Source: Chrysomallon squamiferum
Taxonomy: Eukaryota; Animalia; Mollusca
Direction: 5' to 3'
DNA: 64,000 nt
NCBI GenBank assembly: GCA_012295275.1
Contig: CM022665.1
Span: 20,894,001-20,958,000 of the forward strand
A program made the position numbers and the translations under genes. Positions 10,365-23,560 of the stretch are shown here, piece by piece (position 1 is the first letter of the stretch; each line of letters opens with the position of its first letter). The notes beneath the pieces were generated by a model. The model was not told the DNA's origin, did not search any database, and saw only the letters and a program-made list of their open reading frames with translations.

Positions 10365-13153
10365 ATATTGACATAAATATGGAACAAAATTTCTATCAGT
10401 CTGCCTCTTATTTCTAGTTATATATTTAAAAAAAAAAAAAAAATCTTTATTTTCTATTCATAATACTAACCACTATGCTTAACTAGTTTGAGAAAATTGA
10501 GATTCAGTATTAAATTTTATTATATTAATGTTAATAATCTGGTATTAACTATTTATAATTCAGTATAAACTTTTTATTATATTAACTATTAATAATTCAG
10601 TATTAATTTTTTGTTATTTTGACTTAATAATTTAATATTAACTCTGTGTGTGTGTGTGTGTGAGTTACACTGGGATGTTTTGTGTATGTACCCAGTGTGC
10701 ATCATTATTAAAAAATTGTTGTTAGCCCACATGTTTGGGAGAGAAACATTTCTCAATCAAAGCCACATGTGTTCAAACACTGGGTTTCCATTCAGAAAAT
10801 AAGTCAAGTCACACAAGTGAAAGAAAAACTGATGGTAACATAATAGCTGTAATGTTTGTTATGGGAAAGCAGGGCTATGCTGTTACATTAGTTCTAACAC
10901 ATTCACATTTGCCTTACTGTCTACAAAACTTTTATGCTGTTGGTTGTTTTGTTTTTTTCTCATTCTCTCAATTTATTTTCAGCTTGTTCTTAATTCTTAA
11001 TTTCCTTTTATCTTCTTAATTTAGAATTCTTTCTCTCCAGTCTTTTGTAATTTTGTTTCTATCTAAATTTTTTACCTCTTTATTCTAGCCCAGTGTTTCT
11101 CTTTTCTTGTTTCCTCTTTGCATCTTTTATTTTGTTGGTTTCATTTCATTTTTGTCTTGTTACTTCTCCACTGCTTAGTTCTTTTTCACTCTCTCTGTTC
11201 TTCATCCACACTTCTGTCTCTTTCTTTCTTTCTTCCTTTCTTTCTTACTGATTATTCTTTTGTTTTACTTCCATCTAAACTATCTTTATTTTAGTACTCT
11301 ATACTTTTGTAATAGGTGGTCTTCAGTTATGTCTGTGAAAAATCCTCATAGGAATTTTTAGATCCTGTACAAGCCACTATCATACAAATACACTGTTCCA
11401 CATGAATACATTACTATATGTAACTGTGTAACTATATATGAAGGACACTGTCAAAAATATGAAATAACACAAAGCATGCACTGTAAGGGTTTGATCCTGC
11501 AGACATTAGTCTATTAGGTTTTTTATGATTAGTTTATAAGGTGTTTTCCTTTACAAGATGTAGCATGCTTTGAGAAATTGTAAGATACATTTCCAGTGTT
11601 CAAGTTGTTAGGAGTAGGTTGATATATGGAGTGGGTAGGGTGGGGCAAGTGGGTCTGATCACAGGTTAAATTCTACAGTTAGCTGCAGATGGCTAGCGAC
11701 AGGCGGGAGAGAATGAGGTAATCAATCCCAGCATGCTGAGGTGGGTCACAAATTAAAATCAAATGAGCCCATCCCAGCTGGAGTTAATAAACTTTGACAA
11801 GTTTCATTTTCCAGTTGAAGACAATTACACCGGATTAGAAACCCACATAATATTTCTCAAATTATAGAAATGGAGATGCTTGTTAGATAAAATGAAAGTG
11901 GTTTTAACACTGTGTCGTTCTGCTGTGTTGTTTTTACTTTCAAGAATTTTATTATGTTTTCTTTTTCTTTACTTTTTTCTTTCCATTTTTTCTTTCTTTT
12001 TTCTGTCATTCCTCTTTTCATTATTTTTTTAATTTTTTTTTCCAAAAAGCATGAATTTCGGCTACTCTACACAATATACTTGTTGTTTGCATTTCAAAGG
12101 GTTTTTTTAATGTTTTTTTCCCCTATTTTCTTTTTAACATTTTTCTGTCTGTATTTTATGCATTCTGTGTAATGCATTCTCTATACAATTCATTCCTTAT
12201 TATTTAGATATACAGTTATTTATTTATTTATCCTACAATTATGTGTTGATTTATCAGTTTCATACATACAACATACAGCTATCACAGTCTGTGTCAGAAT
12301 GAACTATTTAAACATTACTTTGGATTTTTTCAGTAATATTCAGCTGTTTGATACGAATCAGTAATTAATTGAGACACAAAATTATAGTCTATGCTTCAGG
12401 TTATTTTCTTAGACAACATTTTCAAATCTGACTTATTAGTTTTCTGTCACTCGCTGCTCTAATACATACCATCAGAAGAAAAAATAACTATATACTTCTG
12501 TTCCATTCACAACAAGGAATCTTATTGTATACCTCCCATTAGGCAGGACAGTGCATACCATACACTTTGACATACATAGCTGACACACTAAATCACACCC
12601 AGATGGTATTAATTTACTGAAATATAGATACTTTGGTGAAATGAGACAGATGATGAAATTACATGACAGGCACAAATATCATACGTAACTAATTTAGACA
12701 TCTCTGTGTTCAGTCAACACTGATAGGTTACTGTGGTAAGATAGAAACATCTTATCCATGACATATCAAACAGGGTAAGACCACACTGAAGGATATCAGA
12801 CATTGTGAGTGACAGAGTGAGAGAAAAATATTTAACATTCCACTTGTGACAGATTGTGTGACTGGAAGGAAATATTTGGTTGAGATTTAAATATTTCTGA
12901 ATTAAGAAATAATGTACACCCTGTTCTCACACTATATTCAATATTATGAGATATCTCTGTGGAGATTAATTTAATTTCATCAGTTTCAACAAAGAGCTGA
13001 TACATTTTCAGTTTAAATGAAAATATAATTTTTTAAAATCAAAGGTTCTTTCATTCTTAGGCAGATCAGTTAGTTAAATAATTTTTGAAATTTGTATTCT
13101 GAATTTAAAAGAATAAATTAAAAAAAAAGTAATAATAATAATAATAATAATAA

Positions 13154-13184
<31 letters not shown>

Positions 13185-14241
13185 AAGAAGAACAATCTTT
13201 TTTCATTTTTTGCTGTTAAACTATTATTCTCATTGTTGATAATTCCACCTTTTCTTGCATTTCTTATTTTCTTTATTTAGTATTATTATTATTGTTTTTT
13301 ATTATTTATTTATGTATTAAATAAATGATGTCAAAATTCATATCCATATTTCTGTAACTCCACCATTTGTCCTGTGGCTGACCAGTTTGGAGGAGATAAC
13401 TCTTTGTTTGTTTGTTTTGTCCCTTTCCTCTGTATTTGTTTCCATAGCTCCCACAGGGACCTGTCAATCATCCAGTGATTGACACCTCATTGGTGAACAG
13501 ATGTCATGTATTTGTTTTGTGGAAAACACAAGTCATGTTGATATTCAACATCAAGCTGGAACCAGATATGTTGTTTCCACTACAGCAAGTGGACAAGAAT
13601 GTTCTGACAATTAATCTGTAACATTTCCTACTTTTTCTTTTTTTTTAAATTTAATGTCAACTTTTAAACTTTTGAGGTATATTATTTGTCTTGTAGTTAT
13701 ATCTCCAACATGAACATTATTATTATTATTATATATATTTTTTTTGCAGCATTTAGGTTTGTGAATTAAAGTCTTCATTTTTGTGCTGTCTGTTTCCTAA
13801 ATTTAGGTATTAAAGTCTCATTAAAATCAGAAAAATAAAATAAATTTTAAAAACCTGTAAAAGTCTCTTGTATGAAGGGTCCCAGGATCATTTCCTCTTA
13901 GCTTACTCCATAGGATATTTCCTGTTCTAACCTTACTCATTTATCAGAGACTCAGGCATGTGTTTGTACTTACCATGTGGAAATGTTGAAGATCTTTGTT
14001 GCTAACTGGTGGTCATTGAAACAAATAAATAAATAAAAAATTAAGAAGAAAAGAAAAATTAAGAAAATGTCAAGGATTATAAAGATTATAATATAACTAT
14101 GAAATGTAACGAGTGATGACTGTCTGTGTAACAGGTTTTTAGTGCATAAATTTTTTTATATAGCACATGACTCTAATATCAGTATGTTATCCTATGTTAT
14201 CCATTGAAAGTTTTTTTTATCTGCAAAACAGTTTTACTCAT

Positions 14242-14279
<38 letters not shown>

Positions 14280-14526
14280 GATTGATTGTGTTTGTGTGTG
14301 TGTGTGTGAGTGTAATTTCAATGTGTTATCCAGTGAAAGGTTTGTATCTGTCAGTTTTTCTCTTTGTGTGTTGTTTGTAACAGGTGAAGAAACACAATGA
14401 GTAACTTGCCAGCAGCTATTCAAAATACACGTGTGTGGTCCATGCAATAAGCATAGCTTCTTTTTTTTATTAAAAAATAATACACTTCTTTTTTGTCTTG
14501 TAAAATTCACTTTTCTTTTCCTCAGG

Positions 14527-14560
<34 letters not shown>

Positions 14561-15797
14561 ATTATTATTATTATTATTATCATCATTATTATTGTTTCTG
14601 CTACTACTACTATTGTTGTTAATATTGTTAGTTTGTTATTGTTGTTCTTGTAATTGTTGTTTTGTTATTACATTGTTGTCATTATCATTATCATCATTTC
14701 AATTATTATTATTATATGATTATGGCTATTACTACTACTACAACTACTACTATTTTTTTTTTTAATTATTCAATTTTATGTCTTTTAGTTGTGAAATAAA
14801 GAATGCAGTGTGACTGACTTGACTAAATTTTAAATACATAAAAGAAGATATTTATTTACAAACATTTTAAATTAATAAAAATAATAATAATAATAATTCT
14901 AAATAAATAAATAAGTAAATGAAATTAACAGTTTCTTGGGTTTGTTTTCAACTGAGTGAATATTTTATTAATTGTTTGTGACAGCAGAAAGAAAAAACTG
15001 TACTACTTTGCCTAAAGATTGCTTTCAGAAAACTGGTTCAAATATAAACAATAAAACTTAACACAAATTAAATGTATATCCATGGGAAATTTTATATTTT
15101 ATTTAAATTTTGTTTTAGTTATTTAATTTTTGTTTCCCCTGTTTTCATTTCTTACATGAAGTCTGTCACTTAACATATGACATCTCATTGTGGGGGGTCT
15201 CTGTATGTTGACAGACATTTGAGATGAATTTAATATTGAGAAACGAGCCTGTTTTAGAAGTGAAAAGATACACCTAAATGTACTTTCTGTTTAGATGTTG
15301 TTGGTTTGAAAAACTAGGTTTCATTTCTTTTGCTATTTTAAGTTATTTTTGTTTGTTGTGGTGTTTTTTCATTATTGTTATATTCTTGAGAACCTGTTCT
15401 TTTTTCTTCACTTTTTTTATGTATATTTATTTCATTTGCAGATTAAAAATCAACACTATGTTAATCATGTATGTGTGTGCTTACGAATTTTTTTCTTCCC
15501 TTTACATAAAAACAAAGGCATGTATATAAATGAATTACTAAATAGATATATGACTGTACAAGAGTAAATAATTATTAGTATATGTTTTAATATATTACAA
15601 AAAAAAAAAATATATATATATATATTTCTTGCAAATTTCAAAATAGATAAAGTTTTCAAGCAGTATATTGATGGCTGGTCGTTACATTGAATGAGATTTC
15701 TAACTGTTGAAATAAATTTAATCCAGACACTCCCTCACTGCTTTGGTGAACCCCAGTGACTGTTTTTAGCATGAAGTTGTATTTAAAAAATATGTAT

Positions 15798-15828
<31 letters not shown>

Positions 15829-15964
15829 CTTTGTTTTTATTTATTTAGTTAGTTGGTTTTTATTTCATTAGTTAGCTAGTTAGTTAGTTAGGGAGGTAGG
15901 TAGGAAGGTAGTTTTCCTACTTACTTAATTACTTATTTATTTACTTATTTATTTATTTGTATAG

Positions 15965-16054
15965 TTCAACCCTGCTGGAATCGTGGAACTTCAGGACGAA
16001 GTCCGAACTGAAGCTATGAAGTTTGGTGAAGTTACCAAGGTGACTGTACATGAT
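15965..16054 (+). CDS. HTATSF1: HTATSF1 coding exon 6 (UHM)
   Basis: tttgtatag|FNPAGIVELQDEVRTEAMKFGEVTKVTVHD|gtaagt. 90 nt, phase 0/0. Follows an 8575-nt intron. Confidence 0.9.
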
Positions 16055-17449
16055 GTAAGTATTAACATAAATTATATCATTGTAACAGAAGAAATTTAAA
16101 TTCTGTCTGTTATAATTTAATGTTTCAAACGTTCTTGATGAACCTTTTTTGTTATTTCACAATCCACTCAATGCCCCACATTCTGTGTGTTTATTGTTAG
16201 TATGTTGTTTCCCGATTGTTTTAAAGTCTAATATCACAGCCTTGTTTGTACATAATGAAAGTTTTCCCATTCTTATCTTATTATTAAAAAAATGTGTGTT
16301 GTGATTATTTGTTCTATTTTACAATAAATAGGTTATTTAAAAAAAAAATGAAATTTTTATAAAATGAAATAAATTTAAAATAAAATAAAATAAAAATAAT
16401 AAATAATAATAAAAAATCATTAACTAGAATATATTTATTGAATATTTATTGAATATAGAAGTTTATTTTATTTTTATTTTTTTAAATTTAATTAAATTTT
16501 GTCTGTGTCTGAACGTCCCACTGTTTGTAAGACTGAGGCAGACAGCTGTGATTTCTCACTCTCTCATACACAAAATGGAATCCATCAACAGATGGCAATA
16601 CTGAGTCACCTGCAGAGTACCACATTACATAACATTATGAGTCTGTCTTCAATGAGGTGGCCTCTGTAGTTTACATCTACTTTGTTGACATTTGTCAAAG
16701 ACCAGTCTAGTTAAAGTAGCAGGAAATAAAATAATATTGGCTTGGAACAAAAGTTTATAGGTGATATATATTTTTTTATCAATGGGCAGACAGCGAGAGA
16801 ATTGAATATAAAATTGAACATGAAATTAGTGAGGCATTAAAAATTATGAAGTGTAATAATTGAAAACAGATTGGGTTAGGAACAAAAGTTTATAGGTGGT
16901 ATTTGATTTTGTTTCACACATGACTGAAATAGATATATAGATAGATATATTCTGAAAGGTGAACAAAATGGCAGTTTTGTGGTTGGATAAATCTGCAAAC
17001 AGATTTCTAAATATTGTCTCTAATTTCATTTAGAAAACATTTGAACTTTTGTTCCATCCAGTATATCTGAGGTGTTTAACATTTAGCCTGGTTTTGTTTA
17101 TCATGTAGTTTTTGTTCTCTTCTGAGACCACCACTGATAACAGTAAAGTATGAAGATTTTGGTCTTTAATGTGTACCTCTTTCAGAGACTCTTTATTTAT
17201 TTATTTATTTATATATTTATTTACTTACTTACTTACCTCATGCTAAATATTATGGACATTCATTAAAGACTCAGCTCTTTAATAGCTGTGGTAAATTTGT
17301 GTGTGTGTGGGGGGGGTGAGTGTGGGTTTGTCTAAGCATATGTGTATGTGTGAGTCTGTGTATGCATGAACACATGTATTCGTCTGTCAGTGTTCTGTTA
17401 TTTATTATTATGACTATTTTTACTGAAATGTTTCTGCTTTCCATTTCAG

Positions 17450-18037
17450 CGACATCCTGATGGTGTCATCACACTCATCTTCAAAAACTTTGACGATGCT
17501 GACAAGTGCATTGCCTCCTTCAATGGACGCTGGTTTGACAAACGTAAAATATCTGCTGAGACCTGGGACGGGAAGACCAAGTACCACGTTGAGGAGAGTG
17601 ATGAGGAGAGGAACAAGAGACTCAAACAGTGGGAGACCTTTCTGGAGAAAGGAGAAGCAGCAGCAAAACATTCTGAAGACTCAGTAACTCCAGTATCTGG
17701 ACGAGAGTCTACAACTGAGACTGTTCTCAGTGAGAATGCTGACAGACTTTCTGGTGATGTACACATGGAGGAACGGACAGAGTCTGGCACTGAGGGGGTA
17801 ATAAACCAAAATCACTCTGTCAGTGAGACAAGTGATGAGGACTTACTTAAGGAATCTGACCAAACAAATGAAGCAGGAGACAGACAGACAGCAGATAACA
17901 ACAATGCAGTAGACGGACGGGCACTAGAGAGCAGTATGATCCAGAATACAGCAGATGGACAGATATCAGAAAACAATACAGTCCACAATGAGAACACACA
18001 ATCTATAGGAGATACTGAAGCCAAAGCTGATGTTTGA
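17450..18037 (+). CDS. HTATSF1: HTATSF1 last coding exon (UHM C-part plus acidic tail)
   Basis: ccatttcag|RHPDGVITLIFKNFDDADKCIASFNGRWFDKRKISAETWDGKTKYHVEESDEERNKRLKQWETFL... contains the UHM R-W-F motif. In frame with track ORF 17765-18037. The summed exons give 1692 nt, i.e. 563 aa plus stop. Confidence 0.93.
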   Translation, partial: RHPDGVITLIFKNFDDADKCIASFNGRWFDKRKISAETWDGKTKYHVEESDEERNKRLKQWETFLEKGEAAAKHSEDSVTPVSGRESTTETVLSENADRLSGDVHMEERTESGTEGVINQNHSVSETSDEDLLKESDQTNEAGDRQTADNNNAVDGRALESSMIQNTADGQISENNTVHNENTQSIGDTEAKADV

Positions 18038-18409
18038 GTGGACAGTTGTGAAAGTGATAACTCTGAGAAAACTACAACACAGAATCCGCACACATAATTA
18101 TTACTACAGTTTTGTACAAGATGGTTTGCATACTTGAAACATTGTATTTTTTTTTGTATTTTTTACTTTATAATTGTTACTACAATTTTGTAAAAATGGC
18201 TTGTGTACCTCATAAATTGTTTTTGGTGTTTTTTTTTGTTTTGTTTAGATAAACTTTTTTTTTTTTTATCATTTTTTTATAATTTCTTTAATTTTGTTTC
18301 TATCAGTTTGGTTTCATATGTGTGTGTAAACTTTGTTGTTTTGTAGAAGAAATATAACATTCTGTAATACTGACAACAAATGTATGAAATTATACTGAAT
18401 CAGTAGTTT

Positions 18410-18415
18410 AATAAA
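18410..18415 (+). terminator. Candidate HTATSF1 polyadenylation signal AATAAA
   Basis: AATAAA about 370 nt after the stop, followed by T/GT-rich sequence. The hexamer is common in this AT-rich DNA and alternatives exist (e.g. 18961). Confidence 0.35.
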
Positions 18416-21400
18416 ATCATAATTTGTATATATTTTTTGAATATTACTGTAAATTATGTGATCAGTTTTGAAATACTGTTACTTGACTACTCATCATCTG
18501 GAGCACAAAACAGTAAATTAATAAACTCTCATTATTATTATTATGATTATTATTATTATTATTATTATCATTATTATTATGTTTAAATTTTCACTTAATG
18601 AGTAAAATATTGAAAGTAATGCATCTTTATTAAAAAAAATAACTTATTCACACTGAAAATGTATGCATGATACCATATTATTTACTGTTTCTTGAATCCC
18701 AAATGCAGTACTAACAACATGAGTCTAATTTAGAGAGTCACAAAAGAAAACTGAATATGTGATTATCACCTTCACTGATATAGTCCTAAATTTGAATTGA
18801 GTTCCATTATATGGAAATAAAAGAAAGAAATTGTTGCTTAAAAAATGCCATGTGTTTGTGTATTTCTGTGTGATTGTTGTCCAATCTTTCATAATAGTGA
18901 AGTATGACAATCCTCATGAAATCCTTGTAGGTTATATTTTGCACAGTGTCTTAAAAGTTCAATAAAAGAAGGTGGGGGGAACCACATTAACATTACTATT
19001 ATTATTTTTTTATTTTATTTATGTATATTTTTTTAGTGTTGTAATGATCAATATGCTTAATGTTATCTTTCATAAATAACAAGCATCTATTCTAGTTATC
19101 TTACATATTTTTATTTTTTTTTTTTTTTATATTATAATCTGTCGTTTTAGATTATATTATTAATATAATTATTTACTTCTACTTCAACTACTACTACTAC
19201 TATGATTATTATTATTATTATTATTATTATTTAGAAAAAAAGGATGTTTAAAATAAAATAACGTCATTTCTTTCATACACCAAATTTCAGGCTTGTTCGG
19301 ATACATTCTGCTAACGCAATTTATTAATGTGTTTATAAACAGGAATGCAGTTAAATAAAAGTTTTGTCATATTAAACATGTTTAACTAAACCTGAGACAT
19401 GACAAAAATAAGAAATAAATAACTTTTACAATGTACGATGTTTTTACTTTGTTGCTTTGAAAAAGAAATTTCATAAACGTCATACTACAGTCGTCCCATC
19501 ATTCAAAACATCTACAAATAATTATAGTGTATTTAATTATTTTCTACATTGCAATATCGATATGTCATTGTAGCTTTCGTTAAAACTCATTTGAGTTTTG
19601 AGAAGAAAAAAAATAACGCATGCGTCTATGCGTGTGTATTGTGAGAGAGAGTTTGTCACAACCGTCTTTTTATTTTTATTATTTATCTTTCGCTTACAAT
19701 TTATTACGGCGCGGTTAAGAATGAACGTATCAGTATTTTGTTGTGGAATATCTTTGTTGTCGATTTCAACTGTTGATAGTTAATTTATATCGGATAATGA
19801 AAACGGACAAACATTAAACTTTAAGTTATAACGTACTGAAATATTTTCTTACATACGAATATTTACAAAATGCAATTTCGCTTGTTTTCCGAGATCATAT
19901 TTTTTATCATTAAAAACACGTGACGTCAACTATCCATTAAATGAATGATTATTTTATTTTGTTAAATATTGCATACGATTGCTCAACGTTACTACCAAAT
20001 CAATTACTCAAACGTGATCTGTCTGTTTTCATTAATATAAACGCGTCTGTACATTCAAAAGAACCTTCTATGGAAAATATTTTCATTCATTTATTTATTT
20101 ATTTAATGCGTGTTTGAGGCTGGTTTTCTTTTTTGTATGAGGTTGTACGCAGTACATAAATAAATAAATAAATAAATAAATAAAATAAAAATAGGAATAA
20201 ATAAATAAAAGAAAAATGTTCATTTGAGAGTTCAGCAAAATTTAAAATTTAGAAGATATCAAAAAAAGCACAGATCTTTCTGTTTTCACTCAAACCGTCG
20301 TACAAAAGTTGTGTTTCGCCTTAATTGCTGACCGAAATGTCTGGCACTCAATAAAAAGAAATGAAGATTTTTCTTTCGGAATAACAAAAAGGAGTACAGA
20401 GTCATGATCATGCCATATTGCAGTAGTTGCCAGTTTTTATTGCATACACCACTAACCAAGAAGTGACATATACTCTTATGGAAGATCCACGAACTAAATG
20501 TCATTATCGTTTTCTGAGATTCTGGCAATATTTTTCAACATTTCTAAATTGCTCTATTGTCAATAAAAGTTAAATAAACTGCCGAGCTGAGTAAACTTCC
20601 TGTCGAAACATGGCAGCGTTGTCATTGACGACCGGACTGTATTTTGTATTTTGTGGCAACATACTGCTAACATTATTTAATCGCTACAGGTATCCCCCCA
20701 CTCGCCATGTGCTCTTCGGTTCCTTGTCATTTGCCCAAGACGGAAAGTCGAGTAAGCCACATTTATGTAAACACTTGTGTATGATACCGCAACAACGCGC
20801 ACAAAGAATTCAAAATATTCCCAACACCCGCAGAGAAACACGAAAAAAAAAAAAAAAAAAAACATTTTATAGCTTGTTATGCCTAACATACATGTTTCAA
20901 AATGTATTAGATTCTGTGTTATTGTTAAAGGAAAAAATATCCATGATAATAAAATAAACTTTTTTTTTTTTTTTATTTTTTTTTAAATTTATAGTTTTGT
21001 TTTGCTGTTGTTTTCTGTTTAATTTAAACTAAGTTTATTTATTTATTTATTTATTTATCATCATCATCATTTTTTTTTTTTTTTTTTTTTTTTTTTATTT
21101 TTTTTAGATTTATTTATTTATCATAGCATTTTGTAAGAGCAGTGGTTTATTTGAAAGATTTATTTAAAAAAAAAAAATGTGTTCTTAAATTTTACCATAT
21201 CCTTAACTATTTTATCTTATTTTGTCAGATAAGGTGTATTAAGGGCTACAATTACGTACAGTTATGATCGACATAACGTTATATATTTATTTAGTTATTT
21301 ATAGATAACAAGAATTTGTTCACTAGCCATGTTTATTTTAAAACATGGTTAATTTGCTTAATGTTCCTTTAAGACATCGTTGCATCTCATTTACATTTTG

Positions 21401-22281
21401 ATCAGTACATATCAAATACTTTCAAACCCAAGTTAGCATACGATTTTTACAATGAACTATGTCGCTTGTAATTAATTATTATATTCATCAAGTATTGTAT
21501 GTCTGTGGATATGTGTATATGTACGTTTATGTGTCTGTCTGTACGTGAGTTTGAACAGAACTGACATCGTCAGAATTATTATTAAGTTACGCCTCATCTC
21601 CATTCTTCAACAGAGTACTCTCGTTCTTTTTCAAGCCGAGTTTAATTATTATCAATGTTCATTTATATTAGCGTTGATTTACTGACATTCTTTACCAATT
21701 ATGACACGTGTTTCTCATAAAACAACAGCGCTTGCTTCTTGTCAGCGTCTCCGAACAAACCCAAAGACAAAACAAAGCTTATAACCATTGCACGAGACCT
21801 CGCCGCGAACTAACGAGCTCGGAGACATTCGGAAGCCGAATACAATTAGAGTTATGTTTCCTTTATGTATGAACACCTGGGTCTTTTACTTCGAAAAATG
21901 TGACGGAAAATGTGCCTGTCGCAATCTTTCTGTTTCTATTCATTAGCAATTTTGATTTCTTTGTTGTTCTTGCCTTGTTTTTTGAAAACGTTTACATGAC
22001 TGTAATATTTCGTGAGGCCAATATATGAGTACGCGACCCGCCATATTAGTATCGTACGTAATATAATTTACTCCGTTCTTTTAAACGCTCCAGCTAAAAA
22101 TGTGACAGCGTTTGTAAGTGTTTGTTAGGCATTTGCATAATGCAAAACATGCTCGACTAACTTTTTCACTTCATTATGTCGGTTTTACCGCTGATCAGAT
22201 ATTTCTAAATGAAGCTCTTTCGGAAATAATTAAGCACATTTTGTTAATTATACGTTATCATTAGTAATATTCAGTGTAGTT

Positions 22282-22284
<3 letters not shown>

Positions 22285-22360
<76 letters not shown>
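22285..22360. repeat. (TC)n microsatellite
   Basis: Perfect dinucleotide run; representative of the many (GA/TC)n, (CA)n, (AAT)n and (ATTT)n tracts across the window. Confidence 0.95.
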
Positions 22361-22365
<5 letters not shown>

Positions 22366-22584
22366 ATAATAATATATATGTTTTTACATATCATAATAAT
22401 AATAATAATAATAATAATAATGGATGATGATAAATAACAATAACAATAACAGTAATAGTAACAATAATTGTAGTAATAATAACAATAATAATAGCATTAA
22501 CAACAACAATAATATATTTTATTTGGGAAGTAAAAACTGAAAAGTTCGTCGAATGAAAATTAAATAAATATATCTATAAATAAA

Positions 22585-22625
<41 letters not shown>

Positions 22626-23475
22626 TAAACAAATCAGAGTAATCAAACTTGGATACAAACACAGAAGTAATTAAAATCTGAAAAACCCCAAAACAAACAG
22701 CACGAGAGGTGAACGACCGTAGGTTTTAAATTTATTGTATACTCGTCTGCTACCCGGAAAAAATTTGAAAAGAGTTATAGCCCTTTGTAGGTGACGTTCG
22801 ATTGTGACCATCTCAGAAGAAGAAGAAGAAGAAGAAGATAATAAAAACAATGGGGCTGCTAGATAATTCGAAAAACGAGTCTCGCATTAAACAAAGCCAT
22901 ATGTTTACACACTGCGTTCGTATTTACCTGTATGATGAACGCATACAGCGAGCGCAGACGAAAACAATGGCGTTAGAAAGAGTTGCCCGCCTAGCGGCAA
23001 TTTAGCGCAAGAAGACACATAAGGCTGAATAATGATAGCGAAACGAAGGTACCCACATCAAAGAAATACCGCGAGTGCTTTTAATTTTGGCCATCCTACT
23101 TCGCTTTACAGACTGGAGCATCTTCAAATTCAAAATACAAGCCGCCATTGTGTTTTTTTCCTTGAGCACATATCGCCCGAAATATGAGAGATGGTGCAAC
23201 ACTTTTTGGAAGTTTGTTCTCACATTGGACGAATAATTACACCAAGACGTGTTTGGTTGTTGTTCTCTTGTGAAGATTTATATGTCATTTTGTATCATGT
23301 GAAAACCGGGCTGGGTCCGCCGAAAATTAAACGTTTAGGAGATGATATTTTGAAATTAAACAAAAATGATTTCTTGCTAATGATCAGCTAAATCGTAAAT
23401 TTGTTAACATAAAAATTTAATTGTTCGAGTTAATAGCAGTCTTTTATTTTATTATTAACAAATCATATTATCGTC

Positions 23476-23560
<85 letters not shown>

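Noticed and set aside
16744-16898. 20-bp direct repeat GGAACAAAAGTTTATAGGTG (also short local duplications at ~18100-18220 and ~40873-40955)
   Set aside because: Ordinary local tandem duplications with no evidence of function or element structure.
17420-18093. Minus-strand ORFs overlapping the last HTATSF1 exon
   Set aside because: Antisense shadows of a genuine + strand coding exon.
22983-23000. Possible minus-strand CTCF motif (CCGCTAGGCGGGC)
   Set aside because: Mismatch in the core GGC; too weak to claim a paired boundary.
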